Shown here piece by piece: positions 11,196 to 21,869 of a stretch of 64,000 nt of DNA. Position 1 is the stretch's first letter. Every line of letters starts with the position of its first letter. Location: positions 9,016,850-9,080,849 of the forward strand of contig NC_134029.1 of NCBI RefSeq assembly GCF_964204645.1. Reading direction: 5' to 3'. The DNA comes from Tubulanus polymorphus (lineage: Eukaryota; Animalia; Nemertea). Under the pieces are notes generated by a model, which saw only the letters and a program-made list of their open reading frames with translations, searched no databases and was not told where the DNA came from. The position numbers were made by a program, and so were the translations under genes.

Positions 11196-12584
11196 ATGGT
11201 AGATAGTTTTCCAAAAGCTTTCCAATATAATAAATCAATTAAATATAATATTCCAGCAATAGATTTTAATAAAGATATTACATATAGAAATGAAGTTTTA
11301 GATTCATTAACTAATTTAGAAATTTATGTTACTGAAACTAATAATTTTAATGCAAAGATGGAAAATATATTTCATGTATATTTAATTAATTTTAAAAAAT
11401 TGAAAGATGAAAAACAATGGTTATTAAAATCTAATATGAAGTATTGGCAAAATCAATTAAATTTTGCTGTTTATTGTGCAACAACAGGATGTGGAATTAG
11501 TTGGAATGATCATTTGAATAATTCTAAATATAAATTAATTCAAAGTTTATTTAGATTTCATACATACTTTCAAATCAGAATAATATTAAATGAATTAGAG
11601 TGCGCTTTACCAGGATCTAGATATTTTAAAGAATTAGATAATAATATTAATTTATCAAAGTTTTATAAGATTTGTAATGAATTTAATATAGATATAAATA
11701 ATTCTGATTTTAGAACAAAAACTGGAACAATAAGATCACTTCCTTGCCCTAAAAAGATTGCAGAATATTGTGCACTTCCCATACCATCTAATAGTTTTTA
11801 TAATATCTATAATAAAAAATTAGGTTATGGTAAAATAGAAACAAAGGATTTAGAAACATTAAATTTCAATAAATTACCAAAATTTTATGATAATTTAAAA
11901 CAAGAAAACAATAATGGTTGGGTTTATTTCATTTTAGAAAATAGTGAAGGTTTTACTAAATCAGGTATAGAAAGAATAAATCAATCTATTAGAACTTATT
12001 TGATTTGTATTCTAGGATCACAAGTTGAAACAAGATCACCGATAATTGGAAATTTGAATACATCATTCGATACACAAAAACAATTTAAAGTTTTATTTGA
12101 AGATTCAATTCATAATGATAAAAATAGATCGATTCCAGAAAACATTATAAGATATCAAAATTATTTAGATAAATCTCATGTAAGACTTAATTATTGTATA
12201 GGCCCTAATCTATTAATTATTTCTAATGATTTAGTATTAAAGATGGGAAACATAATTGGTTATAATAATCTAATTAAAACCGCAACAATAAATAATTCAT
12301 TTGGATTGAATGATATAAATAAAAAGATTATTACTGCTCCAAAATTAATGGAAGGTGAAAAAAATAAAAAACACATTCAATCAACTGAAACTAAAACTAA
12401 GAATATTAAATTAAATAATGATTCTAAAATAAAAGATTATAATACATCAGAAGATATAAAAACTGATAAAATTCAACATGATATAATTAAACTAAATGAT
12501 GATAATAAATCCCATGAAAATACTAAATTAGCTATAACTTGTATAGGAATTGTAATCGGAGGAATATTATATTTTAAATTTTAA
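11196..12584 (+). CDS. Uncharacterised 462-aa protein with C-terminal membrane anchor
   Basis: Long intact ORF with YWQNQLNFAVYCATTGCGIS and FRFHTYFQIR blocks; terminal TM LAITCIGIVIGGILYF. Confidence 0.82.
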   Translation: MVDSFPKAFQYNKSIKYNIPAIDFNKDITYRNEVLDSLTNLEIYVTETNNFNAKMENIFHVYLINFKKLKDEKQWLLKSNMKYWQNQLNFAVYCATTGCGISWNDHLNNSKYKLIQSLFRFHTYFQIRIILNELECALPGSRYFKELDNNINLSKFYKICNEFNIDINNSDFRTKTGTIRSLPCPKKIAEYCALPIPSNSFYNIYNKKLGYGKIETKDLETLNFNKLPKFYDNLKQENNNGWVYFILENSEGFTKSGIERINQSIRTYLICILGSQVETRSPIIGNLNTSFDTQKQFKVLFEDSIHNDKNRSIPENIIRYQNYLDKSHVRLNYCIGPNLLIISNDLVLKMGNIIGYNNLIKTATINNSFGLNDINKKIITAPKLMEGEKNKKHIQSTETKTKNIKLNNDSKIKDYNTSEDIKTDKIQHDIIKLNDDNKSHENTKLAITCIGIVIGGILYFKF

Positions 12585-12600
12585 TTTTTTTATTATGTAA

Positions 12601-14330
12601 ATGGCAGAAGGTGTAGAAGATATTCCATTTGATGACATGGGAAATAATAATGAAGGATATATTGATGATGATTATAATGATACAGAAACTAATATTGATA
12701 ATGATGATGAATCAGCATATAATACTAATTTAGGTGAAGATGATGATTATGATGATGATGATCCCGAATTACGTGAAAGATTAAATAAATATTTAAAAGC
12801 TCCTGAAATTGGTAGAATTTCAACTAGAAGAGAAAGAAAAGAATTTATGGAACTATTAGTAAAACAACAAGAAAAAAATCCTGATAAACCTATGGAATTA
12901 TCTAAAATGAAATCTAGAGTAACAGATACAATTGTTAACGAATTATTACCAACAGTTGTAATAGATGAAATTGATTCAGAAGGTGTTGTAGAACAAATTT
13001 TTAAAGATGACCCATATTTCACAAATAATTTAGAATTTAAAAATGATTCGTGGTATTATAATGTTAATTTAAATAACAAAATTGTATCAATTCAATTATC
13101 TAAAATGGGTCAAGAAAATATTTATGAACCTGAAATGCGAGCAACATCTACAATTGAAGGTTCAAAAGGTGGTAGAGAATTTCTTAGAATTATATGGAAT
13201 GCACTCGATAGAATAAATAAAAAAGAACCAATTCCTAATATTGATATAAACAAATATTCACCATTTAAAAATCCATTTAAAAATCCAAATCCTACTGATT
13301 TTGATCCAGAAATGGAAGAGAATAGAAATCGATTAGATAGATTGAGATCTTCAACACCCGAAACATCGAGAAGAGACACTCAACCAATTGATAATTATTC
13401 AAGTCAATTACAATTAGAAAAACAAATTGATAGATTAAGAGATTCAGAAGAACTGATGAATAGTATATCAGATACATCTGGTTCTGAAACTGGAATAAAT
13501 CGACTGCAATATTTACTAGAAAAAGGATTTCTTAATTTAACTGATGAAGAATTAGAAGCATTTCCTGAACAAATACGTAGAGAAATTAAAGGTATACAAG
13601 TATCAGCTGATGAAATTGCTAATATTAAGATGAGATTTTCTAAAATAACCATGTTAGAAAAAGAATTAGTTAATGTAGATGAAGAATTAAAACAATTAGA
13701 ATTAAATAGAGATCATCAAGTAGTTTATGAAGCTGATTATGAAAGCAGAAAGTTAGCTTTAGTAAAAGAAATAGATGATTTAGAATATAACAAAATATTA
13801 TATATATATATATAAAATTACAAAAAGAAGAAAGAGATATATTATTAAAATCATATGATCTTAATCATATTAAAAAATTAAAAGTTATTTTTAAAGATTT
13901 GTTGATTAAACCAGATTCTGAAATATCATTAAAAGACAGAATAAGATTATTATTTAAATTAGAAGGTATAACAATTCTTTCAATTGTAACAGCTGTAACT
14001 ATGGTATTTACAACAATTGGTTTAGCAATATCAAATGCTTTGAAATCTACTCCTACTCCCACTCCCAATAAACCGGATAAACCTCCAGGTAATAATTCTA
14101 TACAAGATAAAGTTAAGGATGGTTTAAAGAAATTAGCAAAATATTTATGGGAACTATCAAAGAAATCTGCTGCAGCTTTACCAGGAGTTATTGCTTCAAT
14201 TGTTGGTTTTATATTGAAATCTGCAGGAAACATTATTAACTTTGCTGCTGAACATATTATTTTATTTTTAATTACAGTTGTAAGTGCTATTATTTTTGGG
14301 TTAGTGAATATGATATCAAAAAATAAATAA
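12601..14330 (+). pseudogene. Large acidic/coiled-coil multi-TM protein (~575 aa), frameshifted at a (TA)n run
   Basis: ORF 12601-13815 ends inside the TA run at ~13799-13814, and the 13899-14330 frame is open back through that run. Removing one TA joins them. TMs: GITILSIVTAVTMVFTTIGLAI and IILFLITVVSAIIFGLV. Confidence 0.8.
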
Positions 14331-14352
14331 TTAATTTTTTTTTGTTAAATAA

Positions 14353-15600
14353 ATGAGTGGGAGTTATATAAGTCCTTCGAAGAATCATAGAATATCTAAT
14401 GCTATTAAAGCAGAAAGATCACATCATATAATTACTCATAACCCTTCAAATATTAATCCCGATGAAACTTTATATGTTAGAATTCCTAGATTAACACAAA
14501 ATACTTTTTATGTTCCAAATAGTATTTATTTATCAGCTCATATAAAAGTAATCGGTAATAATAATAATTATGTTGTTGATAATGTTGGAAGATATTTGAT
14601 TAAAAAGTTAACAATAAAGATTGGTCCGGAAACGGTTTTCTCATTAGATGATTATAATTTATTTATGCATTATAAAGATTTATGGTTAACTAAAGAAAAT
14701 AGAAATAATATGATATTTCAGGGTATTCAATCAGAAAACCAAAATAAATTAAGATCAGAAGCTAATAGCGCAATATTAACTAATGATGTAGATAAATTGA
14801 TAAAAAGTATATATGGAAGTAAATATAAAATTCCATTAGACTTTGAATTGATAAATAATAATGCACCTTTATATAAATACGCAATTCAAGAAGACGTTAT
14901 ATTTGAAATAACATTTGCTCCTGTAAATGAAATTGTATTATCTAGCGTTGTTAAAGATATGAGTTATAAATTATCGAATATATGTTTAGAATATGATACA
15001 GTAACTGATGAAAATATTTCAAGTATAATTCAAACCCAATATAATCAAGGATTTTCATTATTATATGATTATATTGATAAATTTAAAACTGTAACTATTA
15101 ATGCAAATGATGAAATAATTAATGAGAATATTAACTTTCCTAGAAGATCTATTAAAGGTATATTAATATTTTTTACCATTGGAACGTATACTAATGGTGC
15201 AATAAATGTTGACAATTATTATAATCCTGAAATAACAAAAGTAGAAATAACTATCGAAGGAATAGCAAATAAAATATTTTGTCAAGGAATGAGAATGATT
15301 CTTCAATGGCCAGAAATTAGAAAACATTTTATGAATGAAAAAATAAAATCATCTGAAGATTGTAACATTAATCAAATTGATTATTATACCGGTAATAAAT
15401 ATGCATTATGGTTAGATTTTAGAACAACTGAAGATAATTCATTACATGGTTCTGGGAAAAAACTACAAAATACAAAAGATGGAATACAATTATTCATGAC
15501 AAAGAAAAAGGGAATCAAAAATTTTAAAATGCACATTTATATTATATCTGACGCGCAATTAAATATTGTAAATTCTCAATTAGATAGTGTTATGTATTAA
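14353..15600 (+). CDS. Major capsid protein (double jelly-roll)
   Basis: 415-aa beta-rich ORF with NPSNINPDETLYVRIP, LIKKLTIKIG, YKIPLDF, YKLSNICLEYD, RSIKGILIFF and YALWLDFR blocks. Size and pattern match Polinton/PLV MCPs. Confidence 0.85.
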   Translation: MSGSYISPSKNHRISNAIKAERSHHIITHNPSNINPDETLYVRIPRLTQNTFYVPNSIYLSAHIKVIGNNNNYVVDNVGRYLIKKLTIKIGPETVFSLDDYNLFMHYKDLWLTKENRNNMIFQGIQSENQNKLRSEANSAILTNDVDKLIKSIYGSKYKIPLDFELINNNAPLYKYAIQEDVIFEITFAPVNEIVLSSVVKDMSYKLSNICLEYDTVTDENISSIIQTQYNQGFSLLYDYIDKFKTVTINANDEIINENINFPRRSIKGILIFFTIGTYTNGAINVDNYYNPEITKVEITIEGIANKIFCQGMRMILQWPEIRKHFMNEKIKSSEDCNINQIDYYTGNKYALWLDFRTTEDNSLHGSGKKLQNTKDGIQLFMTKKKGIKNFKMHIYIISDAQLNIVNSQLDSVMY

Positions 15601-15632
15601 AATTTTAACTTTAATAAAAATATATATAATAA

Positions 15633-16880
15633 ATGGAAGGTGGAATATATGAAATACAATCTCCAAGTGAAATGATATCAGATATATATTATATATTACC
15701 TTATGATGAATACAGTAAGTATTTTGGAGATTACTTTAATCAATTCAAATATAGAATAAGTAAAATAGATAAGAATATTGAAACTAAAATAGAAGATAAT
15801 ATTGAACCTAAAATAGAAGATAAGAATGAAACTAAAATAGAAGATAAGAATGATATTGAATATAAAATAGAAGATAATATTGAACCTAAAATAGAAGATA
15901 AGAATGATATTGAATATAAAATAGAAGATAAGAATGATATTGAATATAAAATAGAAGATGTAACAGGATATGTATCTTATAATATACCCTCTACAACATA
16001 TGATATTGAATCAAAAAAGATAAATGAAAAATATTGTGACGTATGTAAACAGTATAAAAGTTATAAGAATTGGGCAACTCATCTTAATTCACTCAAGCAT
16101 AAGAAAAATAAGAATAAGATTTTAAATGAATTGAATAATGATAGTGAAATTGATAATGATAATGTTAAAGAAGATAAATATTGTGAAGAATGTGATAAAT
16201 ATATAAGTCGTAGTAATTTTTCAAAGCATAAATTAACACAGATACATTTGGATAATATAGAAAGAAATATATGTGAAAAGTGTAATGTTGTTGTATTACC
16301 TAAAGATAGAATTAAACATGATAATTCTTTTGAACATACAATAAAAGCTGCTGATTTAAATATCCTTTATAGAGTACCAAGTGTATTTTTTGATATCGAA
16401 AATAATGATCATAGGAAATTATATAGATCAATTTTTATCGATTATGTAAGAAATAATCCAAAACAAGTATTATCAGATCTAAAAACTCGTCGGATGATTA
16501 TAAAAATTGATCTAAATAATTATTGGGGTATATATTATTTCATAAAATTTAAAAATATAGATTTTTTAACAGAATTGAAAAAAGTTGCTGCTAATGATAA
16601 TTATGATAATAAAAGTGATAACTTTGATGAAATAATTCAATACTACAGTTATGAAGATTTTTCACAGGATGTTATAAATAAAATAAGAAATGAAGCAAAA
16701 AATAAATATAAAAATATAAGTGGAGACAAATTAAACCAATATATTTATTTAACTTATGAATTCTGGGTTAAGGGTTTGAATGGTAATGGTTATCATTTTA
16801 AACTATTAGGTGAAAGAAGATCAGAAGAATTAAGAGATGCATGGAGCAAATTGTTTTCAGAATTAGAATCAGAAAAGTAA
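15633..16880 (+). CDS. Triple C2H2 (U1/matrin-like) zinc-finger protein with internal KIEDKN repeats, 415 aa
   Basis: Fingers CDVC..H..H, CEEC..H..H and CEKC..H..H; tandem 21-27-nt coding repeats at ~15760-15960. Confidence 0.78.
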   Translation: MEGGIYEIQSPSEMISDIYYILPYDEYSKYFGDYFNQFKYRISKIDKNIETKIEDNIEPKIEDKNETKIEDKNDIEYKIEDNIEPKIEDKNDIEYKIEDKNDIEYKIEDVTGYVSYNIPSTTYDIESKKINEKYCDVCKQYKSYKNWATHLNSLKHKKNKNKILNELNNDSEIDNDNVKEDKYCEECDKYISRSNFSKHKLTQIHLDNIERNICEKCNVVVLPKDRIKHDNSFEHTIKAADLNILYRVPSVFFDIENNDHRKLYRSIFIDYVRNNPKQVLSDLKTRRMIIKIDLNNYWGIYYFIKFKNIDFLTELKKVAANDNYDNKSDNFDEIIQYYSYEDFSQDVINKIRNEAKNKYKNISGDKLNQYIYLTYEFWVKGLNGNGYHFKLLGERRSEELRDAWSKLFSELESEK

Positions 16881-16907
16881 TTTAAAATATGAATATAATA
16901 CCCTTTG

Positions 16908-17472
16908 TGTCTTTATTGTCTTTAGTAGTTTAGTACTTTTAGTACATAAAGAATAAATCTTTATTTTATTAGTAGTGAATAAAATTATTTTTAAAACTAC
17001 TAAACTACTAAAGACAATAAAGACATAAATATATATATAACACTGTTTCAATAATTATATTTATTCATCTGATGGATTTTATATATTACTGTTTCAATAA
17101 TTAAATCTATTTATCACACATATTTATTATATATATCATAGATTTATCATTTATAAAAATTATTTATATATTTTATTTTTCTAAGTACTAATTAAATAAA
17201 GATTTATTCTTTATGTACTAAAAGTACTAAAAGTACTAAAGATAATAAAGACATAACAAAACATATATAGATGTAATAAATATCATAGATTTATTTATCT
17301 CACATATTTATTATATATATTTGATTCAGTAATGATAAATCTATGTGTGTTTGTTATGTCTTTATTATCTTTAGTAGTTTAGTAGTTCTATTTTATTTTA
17401 TTCACTACTAATAAAATAAAGATTTATTCTTTATGTACTAAAAGTACTAAACTACTAAAGATAATAAAGACA
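16908..17472. repeat. Nested inverted repeats between the convergent gene blocks
   Basis: Unit 16908-17025 has 28-bp self-complementary arms (TGTCTTTATTGTCTTTAGTAGTTTAGTA). 17357-17472 is an inverted copy of the whole unit, and a partial copy lies at ~17194-17260. Confidence 0.85.
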
Positions 17473-17530
17473 TTAGGGGAGGTATATAATACATATCTAA
17501 TACATATCTAATACATAGGTATACAAATAG

Positions 17531-18145
17531 TTATTTTATAAATTTATATTCATATGGAAATTGTAATCTCATAAGTAATTTGGAACCTTTATTATTCTTT
17601 AATTTATTCATATATTCATCATGTAATTCAGTAGGTATAATTTGATTTTCTTCTAATGATTGTTGCATAGATTTTCTATCTTTGTTGTAGAATAAAACTA
17701 GAAATCTTATATTCTCTCTAAAGTCTTTCACAATTGAATTATATTTCTGATTTAAAACCCATGTTGTTATCCCAAAATGTCTACCAGAGAAAGCTAAATA
17801 ACATAACTCACTTTCTCTAATTTTAGAATCATGTACATTTGCGCAATCATCAATAATAAATAATGTATTAGATCCTTTATAAATATCTAATGCAATTTTT
17901 ATACAATTATCTAAATTATCTTTTACTGTTTTAGAATTTAATATAATAAACTTTTTATCTTTAAAAACTATATCTCTATTATACGTTTCATTCATTTCAT
18001 AAGTTGGGCAGAATAATATTATATTATCAAAATGATTCTGATAAATAGTTTCTAATAAATCTAATATGAAGTGTGTTTTACTACAATTTGTAACTCCAGT
18101 AACTAACATATTATGTGGTTCAAATATAAACAAATCTTTATTCAT
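17531..18145 (-). CDS. FtsK/HerA (A32-like) genome-packaging ATPase with Walker A variant GVTNCSKT
   Basis: hhhhGxxxxSKT, Walker B LFIIDD, and SGRHFGITTWVLNQ (GRH...Q motif). Confidence 0.9.
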   Translation of the reverse strand: MNKDLFIFEPHNMLVTGVTNCSKTHFILDLLETIYQNHFDNIILFCPTYEMNETYNRDIVFKDKKFIILNSKTVKDNLDNCIKIALDIYKGSNTLFIIDDCANVHDSKIRESELCYLAFSGRHFGITTWVLNQKYNSIVKDFRENIRFLVLFYNKDRKSMQQSLEENQIIPTELHDEYMNKLKNNKGSKLLMRLQFPYEYKFIK

Positions 18146-19223
18146 TTATTCTTTTAATTTTACTAGATAAAATCCATTCATTAAATTTATCATCTTATCC
18201 TTTATATTTCACCAAAGAATACTTTTTTCCTTTAAGAGTTTTAGTTTTCAATACCTTTTCTATTTTGTATTCTATTTCATCTGGATTTGGTACTAATGAT
18301 AATTCTTGTTCATAAAAATAACCTAATATTTCTTCATCTTTTAAATCAAACAATTTATAAACAAATGGTTTAGTTAATATTATCTTTTTAATTTTAAATA
18401 TTTCTTCTGTAAAATTAGGGGTATAACCTTTATAAAATGTTTTTCGATATTTAGAAATTCTAACATGTTGTCCTATTTTGAATTTAGGTTCTCCGAAATC
18501 ATGTGTAACAAATGCACCATATAAATTATTCCAAACTATTTCTGAATTTTCTTCTTTTCTAGCTTGTATAGGTTTCATATTTATAGAACTATGTTTAGAA
18601 TTATTATAACCTTTAACTAAATCATCTAATACATCGATATATTTATATGTTTCATTAGCGGTGAAATATTTCCACATTCTAGTTTTCAATGTTTTATTAA
18701 ATCTTTCTATAACAGATGCTTTTTTATCTGAATGTGTTGAAAAATATTCTACATCGTTATCAGTTAATAGTTTTTTAAAATGTTTGTTATAAAATTCTTT
18801 ACCTTCATCAAATTGTATTTTATCTGGGATAGCTTCTTTAAATATTAATTTGAAAGAATTTGTAACTTCTATACCAGTTTTATTTTTAATCGGGATACTC
18901 CATGCGTATCTACTGAATATATCTATAACATTTAGTATCCAAAAATATCCTTTGTTATATTCTTCTAAGTTTTTCATATCAATTAAATCAGCTTGCCATT
19001 GTTGGTCAATATATGAAACCATTACTTTTCTTGTTAAATATTTTTTATCCATTTTCTTGTGGATTTGATATGTTGGTTGATTTTGTAACCATGATTTTAA
19101 TTCACTTTATTTTATATTACTATTATCAGATTTAATTTTATCCCATAATTCTGAAACGTTAGAATATGATACTTCACTTTCTGGGTTGTAATATAACGCT
19201 CTTAAATATTGTTCTTTTTTCAT
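18138..19223 (-). pseudogene. int: Retroviral-type (rve) integrase with C-terminal chromodomain and two in-frame TAA stops
   Basis: Frame reads MKKEQYLRALYYNP...NIK*SELKSWLQ...WQADLIDM...IDIFSRYAW...FDEGKEF...IERFNKTLK...YKIEKVL..KYKG*DDKFNEW. Stops are at 19107-19109 and 18195-18197. Confidence 0.93.
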
Positions 19224-19229
19224 CTTATT

Positions 19230-19655
19230 TTAATCCATTAATAATAATCTTGGTTTATTTTCAATGACTTTATCATTTGACTTATTTTCTGGTATGATAG
19301 GTTTACTGTCTGTACACGGATAACTAAGTTTCCGATTGTCATTGGAATCATCTTTATCGTAAGATTTGAATTTTGATTTATATATTACACCGGATAATAT
19401 AATAACTGTTACTAATCCAATTGTAATATATAATTTATAATTACTTCCAGCATTAGAAGAATTAGATGGATTATCATTTGAATCAATACCACCGTGTGGG
19501 TGCTGTACGGCACCATCAGATAAAGTCTGTGATTCATTTATATCAGTTAATTTCTTTTTCTTAGCTTTTTTTAATTCTGATGATCTTTTACCTAATTCTC
19601 TTGCCCATTTAATTTGTTTCTCGGATCTAGCCTTTTTCTTAACTCCATCACTCAT
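19230..19655 (-). CDS. Single-TM protein with basic N-terminus, 141 aa
   Basis: TAAATG start, Lys/Arg-rich head, TM LYITIGLVTVIILSGVIY. Confidence 0.75.
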   Translation of the reverse strand: MSDGVKKKARSEKQIKWARELGKRSSELKKAKKKKLTDINESQTLSDGAVQHPHGGIDSNDNPSNSSNAGSNYKLYITIGLVTVIILSGVIYKSKFKSYDKDDSNDNRKLSYPCTDSKPIIPENKSNDKVIENKPRLLLMD

Positions 19656-19664
19656 TTATTTTAG

Positions 19665-20231
19665 TTAATTTTGTTCTGATTCATTTTCTGTTTCACTGTT
19701 TGGTTGTAGTACATCTGTTTCGTTCTTACCTGATTTATATTCCATAGGTTTGATGTTCGAAAATGTAATGACACCAGTAGAAATTAATGTCATAACCGAT
19801 CCTAATTGAAATGAAGCATAACCGACCCATTTTTGTAATTCAGTCATAACTAAATAGTCATTTTTCAAATCATTATATAATTTATTTTCATCATCAATTG
19901 GTATTAACTGGTTACATAATTTTGAATAACATTTGACAATACCATCTGAAATAGAATCATTTATTCTAGCTAATCGAGCTTCTTCATAAATCTTAAAATA
20001 TTTTATTACTTTATCGGGTTTCATAGCATCTAATTCTTGAAAAGTAATAGTCTTAGTTAAAAACTCTTTAGTTTTTCCACCGGCAATCAATAGTTCTATA
20101 TGGTGCTTACAATATAAATAGTATTCATAATCTATAGAATTAGAAACAACTGTATCTTTATTATCACTAATACCTAAATCATCTAATGTCTTTTCAATAT
20201 CAATATTATTCTTACTCAATTTCTTTGACAT
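19665..20231 (-). CDS. Polinton hypothetical protein with a hydrophobic C-proximal segment, 188 aa
   Basis: T-tract/TAAATG start; segment WVGYASFQLGSVMTLISTGVITF. Confidence 0.75.
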   Translation of the reverse strand: MSKKLSKNNIDIEKTLDDLGISDNKDTVVSNSIDYEYYLYCKHHIELLIAGGKTKEFLTKTITFQELDAMKPDKVIKYFKIYEEARLARINDSISDGIVKCYSKLCNQLIPIDDENKLYNDLKNDYLVMTELQKWVGYASFQLGSVMTLISTGVITFSNIKPMEYKSGKNETDVLQPNSETENESEQN

Positions 20232-20645
20232 TTATATTAGAGGAAAAAAGCAAAAAAAATATTATAAGTATTCTTCAAATGATACTAGTATCTCTTTAGG
20301 TTAATACTAAATTGACTAGGTTAGTTAAAGTTAAAGAATTTCTATTCAAATCTATTCAAAATCTATTCAATCTAATGTCAATTAGAATTACCAAAAGAAA
20401 ATATTGAAAAATATAATAGAATTCACTAGCTAGTTGAAGTTATTGTTTTTTTATTATATTTTATTTAAATTAGGATTTAGATTATCTCACTACTATTGTC
20501 TATCTATTAGGAGCAGTAATTATAACTGTCCAGATAAGTCATTTCGGATCCTCGATAATAAATCCTCAAACTGAAAATAAATTCAAAGAAACGACTGGTG
20601 GAAATCTTATTTCATAAACACATATATTTATTATACAAATTTTAG

Positions 20646-21006
20646 CGATCAATAGTAGAACAATGGAGAACAATAGAAATGCGGTTCAATCGGACCGGTT
20701 ATTGCGCAATACACAGTTATATTCTTATTCTGTAAACTACAACATTCAAACATAGAAATGTAACCAATCAATATTGAGCAGCTGTTTCAGTCAACAACGA
20801 TCAATAATAGAACAATGGAGAACAATAGAAATGCGGTCCAATAGGACCGGTTATTGCGCAATACACAGTTAACAGTAAACAATACAATACAGAACAACCG
20901 CCGCCATTAACAACGATCAATAATAGAACAATGGAGAACAATAGAAATGCGGTTCAATAGGACCGGTTATTGCGCAATATTTAGTTAACAGTAAACAATA
21001 CAATAT
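20646..21006. repeat. Three direct repeats (~75-100 bp) in the non-coding region, putative enhancer
   Basis: CGATCAATARTAGAACAATGGAGAACAATAGAAATGCGGT...GGACCGGTTATTGCGCAATA at 20646, 20798 and 20914. Confidence 0.85.
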
Positions 21007-21075
21007 TAAAACAGATATATACAATCGAGATTACATTTTTGATATCTATATTACAAAGACCTTCAGTGTTATAAT

Positions 21076-21542
21076 TTATAATTTTGTCCAGAATTCTTTA
21101 ATTACTGGATTGTTTCCAATCATTTCTTCAATTTCTGGTAAATATCTGACTACTTCACTAAATGCTAATCCTAATATTTTGAATTTTTCATATTTTATTA
21201 ATCTACCTACTCTTCTCAGTTTTCTTTCAAAACCGGCATTGATATCTCCACTCATTTTCTTAGTTTTCGATTATTTGAGTCCCAACAGCAATTTAAGTCG
21301 CGTTGCTGGTAATTTTGGTAATTGTAGTTCGCGCGGTAATTGTTTATTATGTATTACATCACTCAGAATTTTCACCATTTCTTGATGATAGTCCAAATGT
21401 TCTTATAATTTTGTGAAGTTTGTTCGTCAATTACGAGAGTTTCATCCTCCATTTCTATTGATTCCTGTGTTTCACTATCCAGTAGCAATCGTTCCTCATC
21501 CGTTGGTTGGCTTAGAATTTCTGGTTGATCTTTGTGTTCCAT
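21076..21542 (-). pseudogene. Disrupted Polinton ORF (frameshift and nonsense codons)
   Basis: MEHKDQPEILSQ... from 21542 shifts into a frame ..HQEMVKILSD..LGLK*SKTKKMSG..KEFWTKL*. Confidence 0.45.
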
Positions 21543-21869
21543 TTTAATCTAAAAGATATCGTGAAAATGAATTACTGTACTTAAATATGTTTAAAGGTTT
21601 CCCTACTTCATAATAACTACAAAAAACGGTACTTACATTTAGATTTAGAACTGTAAACTGTGTTTTGAGAGAGAATATCCAATACGTACTATGTATGTGA
21701 AAGTTGATTTCTAACTGCCGACGTGGCGCACGTTCAACCAAACTAATTATTTCTGCACAGATGTTCTTTATGATGAAGTTAATTAATTCTTTAGAATTGA
21801 AAACAAGATATATTTGGCAACATATGTTTTAGTAGTAAGCAAAAGCTATGTATTATATACATACAAAGC

